This document shows, piece after piece, positions 40,488 through 49,496 of a DNA stretch of 64,000 nucleotides (position 1 is its first letter; each line of letters opens with the position of its first letter). The stretch comes from an uncultured Gammaproteobacteria bacterium (GTDB lineage Bacteria; Patescibacteriota; Microgenomatia; Levybacterales; UBA12049). The DNA lies in assembly GCA_964507055.1 (NCBI GenBank), contig CAZDOJ010000001.1, positions 206,793 to 270,792 of the forward strand, written 5' to 3'. Both the position numbers and the translations under genes were made by a program. The notes under the pieces are model-generated. The model did not search any database and was not told the DNA's origin. It saw only the letters and a program-made list of their open reading frames with translations.

Positions 40488-41588
40488 TTGATATTTTTAA
40501 TGCTATTAAATTATACTTATATAGTTATGACAGATAGAGAACCACATGGAGTCGCTATTGAGGGACGGCATAGAATTAAAGAAACTCCAGGTATTGAAAT
40601 AGAAATAAATACAAGTAGTAGAGATCTTTCATTAGCTATTGCGAGTTCGACAATGCTTTTAAAAGAGGTATTTGCTGATGCAGATTCTCAGCTCCCGTGG
40701 CTAAAACAGAAAGAGAGCAATGACCAATTTAGTTCAGACGCCGATATAAAACTTCGGCATGTTCATGGATTGCTCGATGCATATAGTGCTATACACAAAA
40801 GAGATGCCCCCACAAAAAATAGGTTTACAAGTAACTGGGGAATGCATTCGGATTATCTTGAAGCAAGAATCAATCAAATTGACGCAAATGTGGAAGCACA
40901 ACAAGAGAAGCTTTATGAAGAATCTACTAATTGGACCACTCAAGATGAAAGAAAAGTGGTCCGCGATGCTCATAAATTTGCAGCAAATTTAACAAAGGAT
41001 CAAAAAGATATTCTTTATTCTTCAACAGGTTTGTCTCCCGAAAAGGTTAAAGAAAAATTAGGTCGTTGGGGAATTACGGTTGGTGCTAATGTTGCCTCAA
41101 CATATGCATTAGATGGAACTGCAGTCATCGCTGGGCTTGCTTTGACAAAAACAGGTATACAAGAACATGTTAGTACAGAAACACTTATCGGTTTCTTAGC
41201 TGCCAGTTATGGTGTTTGGTTTAAAGGATTATACGAGAACGTGAAAGAAAATTGGAAGCTATTAGAAGAGCAGGGAGTAAGTACGAGTGCTTTATCAAAA
41301 GCGTTCCATGACTATTCTAAGTCTAAAGGGTGGAGTGAACGCTCTCAAAGACTTGCAACGGCTGCCGGTTACGTAGGTTTAGAAATAGCGAAAGAACTTC
41401 CTTTTTATCTTGGAGCATTTGGATCAGCAACATTTTTTGAGGGGATTTCAGATAAGGATGCAATAACTTTCCTTGCAGGTGCGAATATTGGTGGAGGATT
41501 TTATGAGTATACACTTGCAAAAGGTACTAAAATGGCTCGCAAGTGGATGGGGCGAAGAACTCAAAAACCTGAAAGGCCTAGTCGTTAG
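40488..41588 (+). CDS. hypothetical protein with Gly/Ala-rich amphipathic C-terminal half
   Basis: Intact 366-aa ORF divergent from the XRE regulator; no motif recognised. C-terminal ~170 aa rich in G/A/small residues (WGITVGANVASTYALDGTAVIAGLALTKTG...). Start may be the internal MTDREPHG. Confidence 0.4.
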   Translation: MIFLMLLNYTYIVMTDREPHGVAIEGRHRIKETPGIEIEINTSSRDLSLAIASSTMLLKEVFADADSQLPWLKQKESNDQFSSDADIKLRHVHGLLDAYSAIHKRDAPTKNRFTSNWGMHSDYLEARINQIDANVEAQQEKLYEESTNWTTQDERKVVRDAHKFAANLTKDQKDILYSSTGLSPEKVKEKLGRWGITVGANVASTYALDGTAVIAGLALTKTGIQEHVSTETLIGFLAASYGVWFKGLYENVKENWKLLEEQGVSTSALSKAFHDYSKSKGWSERSQRLATAAGYVGLEIAKELPFYLGAFGSATFFEGISDKDAITFLAGANIGGGFYEYTLAKGTKMARKWMGRRTQKPERPSR

Positions 41589-41589
41589 C

Positions 41590-42177
41590 TTATGCGGCTT
41601 TATCTAATTCAATAAGATATTTTGAAATTATTCCTTCTTCAATGTATATCGCTTTAGTATCAGGATCTAATTGTTTAAATCCTTCAATTGTTCCTCTACA
41701 CATAGGGCTTCCACATTGACATTGGAGGCCTTCTGCTACTGGATCATATTCCATAGCTGCATAATCTACTGAAACTTCATCCCCTTTAGGCATATCTTTT
41801 CTTGCAACAACTTCAATTCTGCCCGTGGTCTCTCCTTCTTCTCTTTCAACAATACGAATATATGCAGTTGGATCACAAGAATGGTTGGTAAAATGCCCAA
41901 AACTTGGTGTACCATCAGGATTTTTTGGATCAAGATGCTCAGTTGGACCATATTGGAATGTATATACTGTTGGGTGGTCAAGTATTGGACCGGTGATTGT
42001 GAAGATAACATCGCCTTTATTGATGGGTTCTTTTGCAATAGTACCAAATTGGCCTTCAACCATATTACTCTTAACAACCGTGACAATACCATTATCAGGA
42101 AGCACTCTTTCGGGTGTTCTGCGTTGTTCAGTTAGCTGTGCTGGCTTAGCACTGATTCCTCTTTCAGTCATGAGCAA
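41590..42177 (-). CDS. SET-domain protein (putative lysine methyltransferase)
   Basis: SET signature FTNHSCDPT (NHSC), EVSVDY (ELxxDY-like), post-SET Cys cluster CQCGSPMCRG; 195 aa. Confidence 0.8.
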   Translation of the reverse strand: MLMTERGISAKPAQLTEQRRTPERVLPDNGIVTVVKSNMVEGQFGTIAKEPINKGDVIFTITGPILDHPTVYTFQYGPTEHLDPKNPDGTPSFGHFTNHSCDPTAYIRIVEREEGETTGRIEVVARKDMPKGDEVSVDYAAMEYDPVAEGLQCQCGSPMCRGTIEGFKQLDPDTKAIYIEEGIISKYLIELDKAA

Positions 42178-42183
42178 ATTATA

Positions 42184-43308
42184 CTATAAGATATTAATAT
42201 TTGCAATATGCAAAATAGGTTTGGGAATGGCATGATAATTAGAGTATAGAGAAAACGTATATGCACCGACATTTCTAAAAATAAGCTTATCTCCTGCCTG
42301 TAAGTCTGAAGGCAGAGAAACACGCACAGCTAAAGTATCGTCGGGGTCAAGTGTATTACCTGATATACTAAAAGTTTCTTTTTTACCTGACTTGAAATAC
42401 TCTATGGGATAATTTAATTTACCTCTACTTTCAAGGATTTCAATAAGCCCATGATAAACTCCCATGTCAACAAATAACCATTTATTTTTTATTCGCTGAA
42501 CTTTCCTAGTAATAGTAGTCACAAGCGTTACTGCATCTGCAACAATTATTCTTCCCGGCTCAACCCAAAAAGAAATACCTTTTGGAAATTCTTTGATCTC
42601 TGTGTTTACTACTTCAGCTATATCTTCAATTGGAGGAGATTTTAAAGATTTATATTTAACTGGGAAACCACTTCCGATATTCATAATTCGGAAAGTTGGT
42701 AACGAGTTATAATATCTCCTAAAAATAGCATTACAATATTTAAGAGTAGCTTTCCAGGGCTCAAGTGACATTGTTTGAGAGCCTACATGAAAACTCATGC
42801 CGTAAATATCAATTTTATTTTCAACTGCATAATTTAAAATAACTTCAATATCTTGACTTGATGCTCCAAACTTATCAATATACTCATAGAATGTACCTTC
42901 TGCTGGTGGAAGAATTCTTAAGAAATATTTTTTATTTTGAGCATATTTCATAAGCATTTGAAGTTCCTCTAGTGAATCAAACGTAAAATTTTCTACTCCA
43001 AACTCAATGGCTGACTTAACTGTTGATGGGGTTTTAATGGGATGTGTTAAAAGCACTTTATTTGTATTAATACTTAAGGATTTTAGTATTTTAACCTCTC
43101 CTATAGTAGCCGCATCAAAGAAGCTCCCTTGATCTGCAACTGTCTTTAATATATCGATTTGTGGATTAGTTTTAACGGAGTAGAAAGTTTTAAACTTAGG
43201 AAATAGCTTTTTAAAAGCAGAATAATTACTGTTAATCTTGTTAAGATTCAGTATATAAAAAGGAGTTTTTTTATCCCTAATAAAAGCCGCGAGCTCCTGC
43301 GACGCCAT
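42184..43308 (-). CDS. PLP-dependent decarboxylase of the Orn/Lys/Arg/DAP-decarboxylase (alanine-racemase-fold) family
   Basis: PLP-Lys motif FYSVKTNP, FHVGSQ, EPGR. The expected C-terminal G-P-T-C-D motif reads SGNTLDPDD, i.e. Asn at the usual catalytic Cys position. Confidence 0.65.
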   Translation of the reverse strand: MASQELAAFIRDKKTPFYILNLNKINSNYSAFKKLFPKFKTFYSVKTNPQIDILKTVADQGSFFDAATIGEVKILKSLSINTNKVLLTHPIKTPSTVKSAIEFGVENFTFDSLEELQMLMKYAQNKKYFLRILPPAEGTFYEYIDKFGASSQDIEVILNYAVENKIDIYGMSFHVGSQTMSLEPWKATLKYCNAIFRRYYNSLPTFRIMNIGSGFPVKYKSLKSPPIEDIAEVVNTEIKEFPKGISFWVEPGRIIVADAVTLVTTITRKVQRIKNKWLFVDMGVYHGLIEILESRGKLNYPIEYFKSGKKETFSISGNTLDPDDTLAVRVSLPSDLQAGDKLIFRNVGAYTFSLYSNYHAIPKPILHIANINIL

Positions 43309-43405
43309 TTTTGTAGTATATCTTATATTCTTTCAAAATAAAATATAGTATATTGACATTTATTATGAAAAAGGGAACAATGAGTTTAGTCTTATTCTTT
43401 AAAGT

Positions 43406-44212
43406 ATGCATCTTACAAAGGTTGCTAAATTTGTTTTAGGTTATTATATTTTTATCCTCATTTGGTGGACTTATTCCTATTTCTTTAATCTGCACGAAAA
43501 TCCATATAGCTTTATCTATCAGTTTGCATTTGGTTTAATTCCTTTGTTAGGAGGAATTGCAGGAATAATAAGATCAGCGAAATGGGGAATGTTTAAAAGT
43601 AAAGTTGGAATGGCATTATTTTTCATTTCTATGGGTCTCATAACTTGGGGCATTGGGCAAATGTTTTGGTCACTTTATTATAATTGGCTTATGCAAATTG
43701 AAATACCATATCCCTCACTGGCAGATGTTGGCTACATACTTAGCTGGCCTCTATGGACTATTGGTACTATAAATTTGTCTTATGCAACAGGTGCGAAGTT
43801 CTCTTTAAAAAATATTAGAGGAAAAGTACTTCTTTTTACTTTACCTGTTCTACTTATATCTCTTTCATATTACCTTCTTATTATTGTTGCTCGTCAAGGT
43901 TTATTAAGCGATTTTGAAGGTGGGGCATTTAAAGTATTTTTTGATCTTGCTTACCCAATTGGAGATGTTGTTATACTTGCTCTTGCTGTACTCGTTTATG
44001 GTCTGTCTTTCAACTATATTGGGGGAAAGTTTAAATGGCCAATAATAATGATTTTAGTGGGTTTTCTTGTAAATTATATTGTTGATTTTTCGTTTTCTTA
44101 TACAACTACCAATGGAACTTATTTTAATGGTCATTGGGTTGATATACTTTTCCCAACAGCAATGGCTTTAATTGCCTTTGGTGTTAATAGCTTTGATACT
44201 AAAGATAGTTAG
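43406..44212 (+). CDS. hypothetical polytopic membrane protein (about 8 TM)
   Basis: Very hydrophobic 268-aa ORF with aromatic-rich helices; no soluble domain. Confidence 0.45.
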   Translation: MHLTKVAKFVLGYYIFILIWWTYSYFFNLHENPYSFIYQFAFGLIPLLGGIAGIIRSAKWGMFKSKVGMALFFISMGLITWGIGQMFWSLYYNWLMQIEIPYPSLADVGYILSWPLWTIGTINLSYATGAKFSLKNIRGKVLLFTLPVLLISLSYYLLIIVARQGLLSDFEGGAFKVFFDLAYPIGDVVILALAVLVYGLSFNYIGGKFKWPIIMILVGFLVNYIVDFSFSYTTTNGTYFNGHWVDILFPTAMALIAFGVNSFDTKDS

Positions 44213-44257
44213 ATGAGGTTGATAATTCTCCCAAATCTGATATAAAAGAAGCGAGGC

Positions 44258-44542
44258 GTGGATATGGATATATATTCGGAATTAGCAAAAAAAATAATAA
44301 GAGAACAAGAATCTATAATAGGTCCTGTAGCTTTAGAACAAGCTCGTAAAGTTAGTGGACTTATTATTGATGGTGATGCTGAAAATATTACATTTAATGG
44401 CAATAAAAAAGAGATTATAGAAAATTTAGTAAAGCAGTATGAACATCTTTTTGGGCTAACTTCTGTAGAAGTTTGCCGAGAAGCAGTAAAAAGTCTTATT
44501 TCTCAGGCACCAAAAGATGATGTTCCACAAGTACTTCTGTAA
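44258..44542 (+). CDS. hypothetical small protein (94 aa)
   Basis: Intact ORF between the membrane protein and the histidine kinase, same strand; no motif. Confidence 0.3.
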   Translation: MDMDIYSELAKKIIREQESIIGPVALEQARKVSGLIIDGDAENITFNGNKKEIIENLVKQYEHLFGLTSVEVCREAVKSLISQAPKDDVPQVLL

Positions 44543-44569
44543 AAAGAAAAATTCTGCTACATTTAATAT

Positions 44570-46018
44570 ATGAATTTTATTGATTCTTTAAGGACTTTCC
44601 TTGGTTTTTCTACGGTTACTAATAAAGATCAAGCATCTGATGAGTTGTCTCATATAAATCAAGAGATGTACAAGAAGAGTGCTGAGCTATCCGAAAAAAA
44701 TAAAACCTTATCATTGTTACAAAATATTAACGGCCTTATTTTAAGTTCTATTACACATCCAGATGAAATTGCAACTCAAGTTACAAAGGTGCTTGTAACA
44801 GAGACTGACTTCAACATTGCATCTATTTATCTCTATGAGAAAAATAGTAACTCTTTAAAACGACTTGCACGAGCATACCTTGATATTAACAATACGCTTT
44901 ATTCCCAATCGGCATCTAAACTTGAGTTGCGACTCGATAATACTGAAAACTTAGTTATACAATCAATCACAAAAAGAGAAGTACTTTATTCTAACTCTCT
45001 TGATCGGATAGTAATTGAAAAAATTGAAGAGAATGTAGATATAAAAACTGTATTTATATCCCCACTGATAGTAAGAAAAGATCTAATAGGTGCCATTGTT
45101 ATCGGTATGAATGATCCACAAGAAACGATTTCTGAATATAGACATGCTTTATTGAGTCAACTAGCTGAGTTAGTAGGTATTGGTATTGATAATTCTTTGC
45201 TCTATAATGAGGTACAAAACGCTAATGAGAAATTGAAGGAATTGGATTTGTTAAAGAATGAATTCGTTTCTGTGGCTTCGCATGAACTTCGTACACCTAT
45301 GACCGCTATCAAATCATATCTCTGGATGGCACTAGAGGATCGTGGAGGGAAGTTAAATGAGAAACAACGGTATTACATCCAACGAGGATATAATTCTGTC
45401 GATCGATTAATACGCTTGGTCAATGACATGTTGAATATCTCTCGTATTGAAGCTGGTCGTATCACAGTAAATATGCAAGCCGTGGATCTTGAAGCATTGG
45501 CTCAGGAAGTTGTTGATGAAGTCCAACCTCGTGCCAAGGAAGTTGGTGTTACTGTCACCATCTCCAAGCATGAAGCGTTGCCTCACGTGCTTGCTGATCC
45601 CGATAAGATAAAAGAAGTGTTCTTCAACTTGATTGGTAATTCCATCAAATTTACTCCGAAGGATGGGACAGTGGTTGTTAATTTCACTGAAAAAGATGGA
45701 TTTATCGAAACACAAATTGTCGATACTGGAAGTGGTATTGAGGCTGAAGATATTGGAAAGCTTTTCCAAAAGTTTGGGCTTATGCCTGGATCATATACAA
45801 CTAATCAACCAGCCATGGGTACTGGACTTGGTTTGTACATCTGCCGCTCAATTGTGGAACTCCATCAAGGAAAAATCTGGGCGGAATCTGATGGACGAGG
45901 AAAAGGGGCGACATTTACTTTCCAGTTAAAGAAGTTTACCAAGGCTGATCAAGAGCAATATAACCAAAGCACTGCAAATAGTAAAGAAGACGTTGGATTG
46001 ATCCACAGTGAAATTTGA
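44570..46018 (+). CDS. cytoplasmic GAF-domain sensor histidine kinase
   Basis: GAF-like N-terminal region (...IASIYLYEKNSNSLKRLARAY...LIGAIVIGMN), H-box FVSVASHELRTPMTAI, N/G1/G2 boxes (LIGNSIKFTP, IVDTGSGI, GTGLGLYICRSIV); no TM. Confidence 0.85.
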   Translation: MNFIDSLRTFLGFSTVTNKDQASDELSHINQEMYKKSAELSEKNKTLSLLQNINGLILSSITHPDEIATQVTKVLVTETDFNIASIYLYEKNSNSLKRLARAYLDINNTLYSQSASKLELRLDNTENLVIQSITKREVLYSNSLDRIVIEKIEENVDIKTVFISPLIVRKDLIGAIVIGMNDPQETISEYRHALLSQLAELVGIGIDNSLLYNEVQNANEKLKELDLLKNEFVSVASHELRTPMTAIKSYLWMALEDRGGKLNEKQRYYIQRGYNSVDRLIRLVNDMLNISRIEAGRITVNMQAVDLEALAQEVVDEVQPRAKEVGVTVTISKHEALPHVLADPDKIKEVFFNLIGNSIKFTPKDGTVVVNFTEKDGFIETQIVDTGSGIEAEDIGKLFQKFGLMPGSYTTNQPAMGTGLGLYICRSIVELHQGKIWAESDGRGKGATFTFQLKKFTKADQEQYNQSTANSKEDVGLIHSEI

Positions 46019-46060
46019 TGCACAAGAGTTCGATATCTGCTATAGTTTGTATATAGTTAG

Positions 46061-46085
46061 ATCCTTCGACTTCGCTCAGGATGAC
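46061..46085 (-). repeat. copy 1 of a short intergenic repeat gtcatcctgagcgaagtcgaaggat (read on minus strand); overlaps the pilD ATG
   Basis: Same 25-mer, with a 10-nt GAA-pentamer-like insertion, recurs on the plus strand at 60538-60580. Confidence 0.4.
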
Positions 46086-46929
46086 ATATATGATAATTCC
46101 GTTCTACCTCTTTATTTTCCTTTTAGGTACAATAGTCGGAAGTTTTCTTGGAGTTGTCGCAGACAGAGTAGCCAATAACGAATCTATATGGCGAGGACGT
46201 TCTCATTGTGATCATTGTCGACATAAGTTGGCTTGGAATGATCTTATCCCACTTGTTTCTTTCCTGATGTTGAAAAGACAATGCAGATATTGCCACAAAA
46301 AACTTGATTGGAATTACTTTATCATTGAAGTCATCACAGGAGTATCTTTTGTGCTTGCGACATATGCTCTCTTTCAAGATAGTTTGGCGATTTTCTTTGG
46401 ACTCCAATATATTTTGGTACTCCTCTACTACTTCGCAATTATTAGCTCTTTAATTGCAATTGCATTCACTGATCTAAAATATGGCATTATTCCTTTTAAA
46501 GTTGTAGCCGTTGCAGTGGCTATCGCTGTCTTTTGGTTTTTCCTTTTTCCTGGATTGTATATTACACCACTCGAAGCGACAGCACTTGGTTTGCAAACTG
46601 ATATTTTGAATTTAATCGCTTCAGGATTTGGGGCTGCACTGTTCTTTTTTGCATTGTTTTATATTACTAAAGGGAGAGGGTTGGGTTTTGGGGATGTAGT
46701 ATATGCCTTCTTGATGGGACTTATTTTAGGTTTTCCAAAAGTAATTCTCGCACTGTACTTAGCTTTTGTAACTGGTGCGATTGTTTCACTTGTACTCATC
46801 CTTGCCAAAAAGAAAAAATTTAAAGGTGGAACAATTCCTTTTGGCCCCTTTCTTGTTACAGGGACGATTATTAGTTTGCTTTGGGGAAATATGATTATCG
46901 ATTATGCGAGGCGATTTGTGGGATTGTAA
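46081..46929 (+). CDS. pilD: prepilin peptidase / N-methyltransferase (A24 family)
   Basis: N-terminal Zn-binding CxxC...CxxC (CDHCRHKL...CRYCHKKL), catalytic Asp-containing TM core, 8 TM. Confidence 0.9.
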   Translation: MTYMIIPFYLFIFLLGTIVGSFLGVVADRVANNESIWRGRSHCDHCRHKLAWNDLIPLVSFLMLKRQCRYCHKKLDWNYFIIEVITGVSFVLATYALFQDSLAIFFGLQYILVLLYYFAIISSLIAIAFTDLKYGIIPFKVVAVAVAIAVFWFFLFPGLYITPLEATALGLQTDILNLIASGFGAALFFFALFYITKGRGLGFGDVVYAFLMGLILGFPKVILALYLAFVTGAIVSLVLILAKKKKFKGGTIPFGPFLVTGTIISLLWGNMIIDYARRFVGL

Positions 46930-46965
46930 GTTACGAGTTGAAATTTCATACGTCAGGTGCACATA

Positions 46966-47484
46966 ATGAAGTATATGCAAAAAGGATTTACATTGGTCGA
47001 AATGCTTATCGTTCTTGGGATCGTAGGAATTGTGGCGACGATGCTCATTGTTGGTATCAATCCGCTCGATCAGATCCGTAAATCAAGTGATACAGATCGT
47101 AAGTCAGATATCGCACAATTACAAAAAGCATTGGAGTTATATTATCAGGACAACGGTAGTTATCCTCCTTCATCAGCAGATTACAAATTATATATCGGGA
47201 CAACAACATTGGCGTGGGGTACCGCTTCATGGCTTCCGTATATGAGTAAATTGCCAAAAGATCCTAGCCCACAGCGTTCGTATGTATATTATGTCCCAGC
47301 GTCATCAAATGGACAAACCTATTATATTTATAGTAGTTTAGAGAGAGGGGCAAAGGATCCACAAGTATGTAACGCTGGCAACGCTTGTGTTAGCATCACA
47401 GCTGGTGTGGCTGGATTCCCCACTGCAGCAGCATGTGGATCAACATGTAATTACGGAGTTTCGAGTCCAAATGTTTCACCATGA
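46966..47484 (+). CDS. type IV pilin (class III signal peptide)
   Basis: Leader MKYMQKG followed by FTLVEMLIVLGIVGIVA (G|F cleavage site, Glu+5); C-terminal Cys pair. Confidence 0.8.
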   Translation: MKYMQKGFTLVEMLIVLGIVGIVATMLIVGINPLDQIRKSSDTDRKSDIAQLQKALELYYQDNGSYPPSSADYKLYIGTTTLAWGTASWLPYMSKLPKDPSPQRSYVYYVPASSNGQTYYIYSSLERGAKDPQVCNAGNACVSITAGVAGFPTAAACGSTCNYGVSSPNVSP

Positions 47485-47924
47485 GAAATATATTTAAACA
47501 ATCAAAAGGCTTTACACTCATTGAACTCTTAATTGTGTTGGCAATTATCGGTACGCTGACATCAATTATTATGGTGAACTTTTTGAGTGCTCGAGAACGT
47601 GGGCGTGATGGAGAGCGAAAGACTGAACTTCGACAACTTCAGACAGCATTTGAGTTATATCGCGCAGATGTTGGGACATATCCACCAGCACCATTGCCTA
47701 CATGTGATACTGCTCTTGCAAGTGGTGGGACTACATACATTCAGAAAATTCCATGTGATCCCACAAATTCCGGGCAACATGTTTATACATATACAACGAC
47801 TGGAACAACATATACACTCTTTTCATGTCTTGAGAATGAAAAAGATTCACAAAAAGATAAAATAAATAATGCAAGCTATTGTACTGGTACCACTAATTGG
47901 TCTTTTACGCTGACAAATCCATAG
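47481..47924 (+). CDS. type IV pilin
   Basis: MRNIFKQSKG|FTLIELLIVLAIIG; C-terminal Cys residues. Confidence 0.8.
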   Translation: MRNIFKQSKGFTLIELLIVLAIIGTLTSIIMVNFLSARERGRDGERKTELRQLQTAFELYRADVGTYPPAPLPTCDTALASGGTTYIQKIPCDPTNSGQHVYTYTTTGTTYTLFSCLENEKDSQKDKINNASYCTGTTNWSFTLTNP

Positions 47925-47963
47925 AGTTGAAACTTGTGAGCAGAACGATGATAATGGACATAG

Positions 47964-48455
47964 ATGAGAAAACTGTCCATACATACATACACTTCTTCAC
48001 TGCAAAAAGGTTTTACTCTCATTGAGCTACTTATCGTTATTGGTATCGTCGGGGCACTTACTTCAATCGGACTTGCATCATATTCAAGCTATACGACAGG
48101 GCAAGCAATCCAAACCGCAACCGCTGAAATGGTTCACATGTTAAATCGTGCCAAATCGAGTTCAATTTCTCAAGTAAAACAGCCACAATGTGGAACTTCT
48201 CCAATTACTGGCTATCAAGTCTCTTTCACGCCTCCTGGTCCTGTTTATACAATGTCTGTTCGGTGCAATAACACAACATATCCTGTGACCTCGAAAGAGT
48301 TACCTACAGGTGTTACATTGGCAGCAGGATCTACAAGCCCAATTTTCTTCCCAGTATCAAAAGGGACGAGTTCCCCTGCAACGATTACATTGAATGGTCC
48401 GTCTAAGACAAAAGTGATTACAATCACAGCGACCGGTAATATCATGACGAATTGA
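47964..48455 (+). CDS. type IV pilin / minor pilin (long leader)
   Basis: ...SSLQKG|FTLIELLIVIGIVGAL. Confidence 0.75.
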   Translation: MRKLSIHTYTSSLQKGFTLIELLIVIGIVGALTSIGLASYSSYTTGQAIQTATAEMVHMLNRAKSSSISQVKQPQCGTSPITGYQVSFTPPGPVYTMSVRCNNTTYPVTSKELPTGVTLAAGSTSPIFFPVSKGTSSPATITLNGPSKTKVITITATGNIMTN

Positions 48456-48456
48456 T

Positions 48457-48936
48457 ATGAAATTTTTACAAAGAAATAATTTACAAAAGGGTGAAACACT
48501 CATTGAAGCGTTAGCTGCTCTCGCTTTGGTAGCTATTGTTATTACTGCAATTACGACATTAATTACGACCTCGTTAAGTAATGCGACATATAATGAGAAT
48601 CAGACCCTTGCAACGAAATTTGCCCAACAAGGGATTGAATCCGTCAGGCAAATCAGGAATGCGAATTATGTCGCTTTCCGTAGCTTTAATGGTTTATATT
48701 GTCTTGGCAAAGGACAATCGACGCTTGGAACGCCACAGACAGCATGTGCATCACCTAACACTGATAGTTTTATTCGGTCTGTGACAATCGAGCAGTCCCC
48801 AGGATGTGCGACAAATGTGGCTCGTGTGACCGTCAATGTCGCTTTCACCGATGGAAAATGCACAAACAATGCCTACTGCCATGTCCAAACGCATACATCG
48901 TGTCTCTCAACAGTTAATCCCAACGGTTCACTATGA
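48457..48936 (+). CDS. pilin-like protein with atypical +1 residue (QKG|ETLIEAL)
   Basis: Class III signal-peptide pattern with Glu at +1 and +5; four Cys in the C-terminal domain. Confidence 0.6.
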   Translation: MKFLQRNNLQKGETLIEALAALALVAIVITAITTLITTSLSNATYNENQTLATKFAQQGIESVRQIRNANYVAFRSFNGLYCLGKGQSTLGTPQTACASPNTDSFIRSVTIEQSPGCATNVARVTVNVAFTDGKCTNNAYCHVQTHTSCLSTVNPNGSL

Positions 48937-49451
48937 CAAAGTTACAATTACAAAAAGGGTATACACTTATTGAACTCTTAACCGTGATCGGTATTTTGAG
49001 TGTGATCGGAGTGATCGTTGTCACAGTGATTACAATTAGTTTGCGTGGTTCGCAAAAATCTGACAAACTTGAAATTGTACGACAAGGCGGCGACACTGCT
49101 TTGTCACAAATGGTTCGCAGTATTCGCTATGCCAAGACGCTCAATGCTCCAGCATCTTGTGTGCCTGCAACCAATGTCTCATCAATCACAATTACATCAC
49201 TTCAAGATAATGGACAGACAACATATAGCTGTAGTTCTGGTACAATCGCTTCAAATAGTGCCTCACTTTTGGATACCAATGCTGTTATCGTCAATGCGTG
49301 TTCATTTACTTGTTCCCAACAACGAGTGAGTGATCCCCCAACTATTCAAATTCAGTTTTCCTTGAGTGCAAAGAATGAAAGTAGCTTTAGCGAAACAAAA
49401 GCTACAATCCCCTTTCAAACAAGCGTAACTTTGCGTAATTACGCTCGCTAG
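48933..49451 (+). CDS. pilin-like protein (minor pilin)
   Basis: LQKG|YTLIELLTVIGILSVIG. Confidence 0.7.
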   Translation: MTKLQLQKGYTLIELLTVIGILSVIGVIVVTVITISLRGSQKSDKLEIVRQGGDTALSQMVRSIRYAKTLNAPASCVPATNVSSITITSLQDNGQTTYSCSSGTIASNSASLLDTNAVIVNACSFTCSQQRVSDPPTIQIQFSLSAKNESSFSETKATIPFQTSVTLRNYAR

Positions 49452-49496
49452 CCGATTGACACTACCTCTACAGCTTGTTACGATAAATACGGAGCA

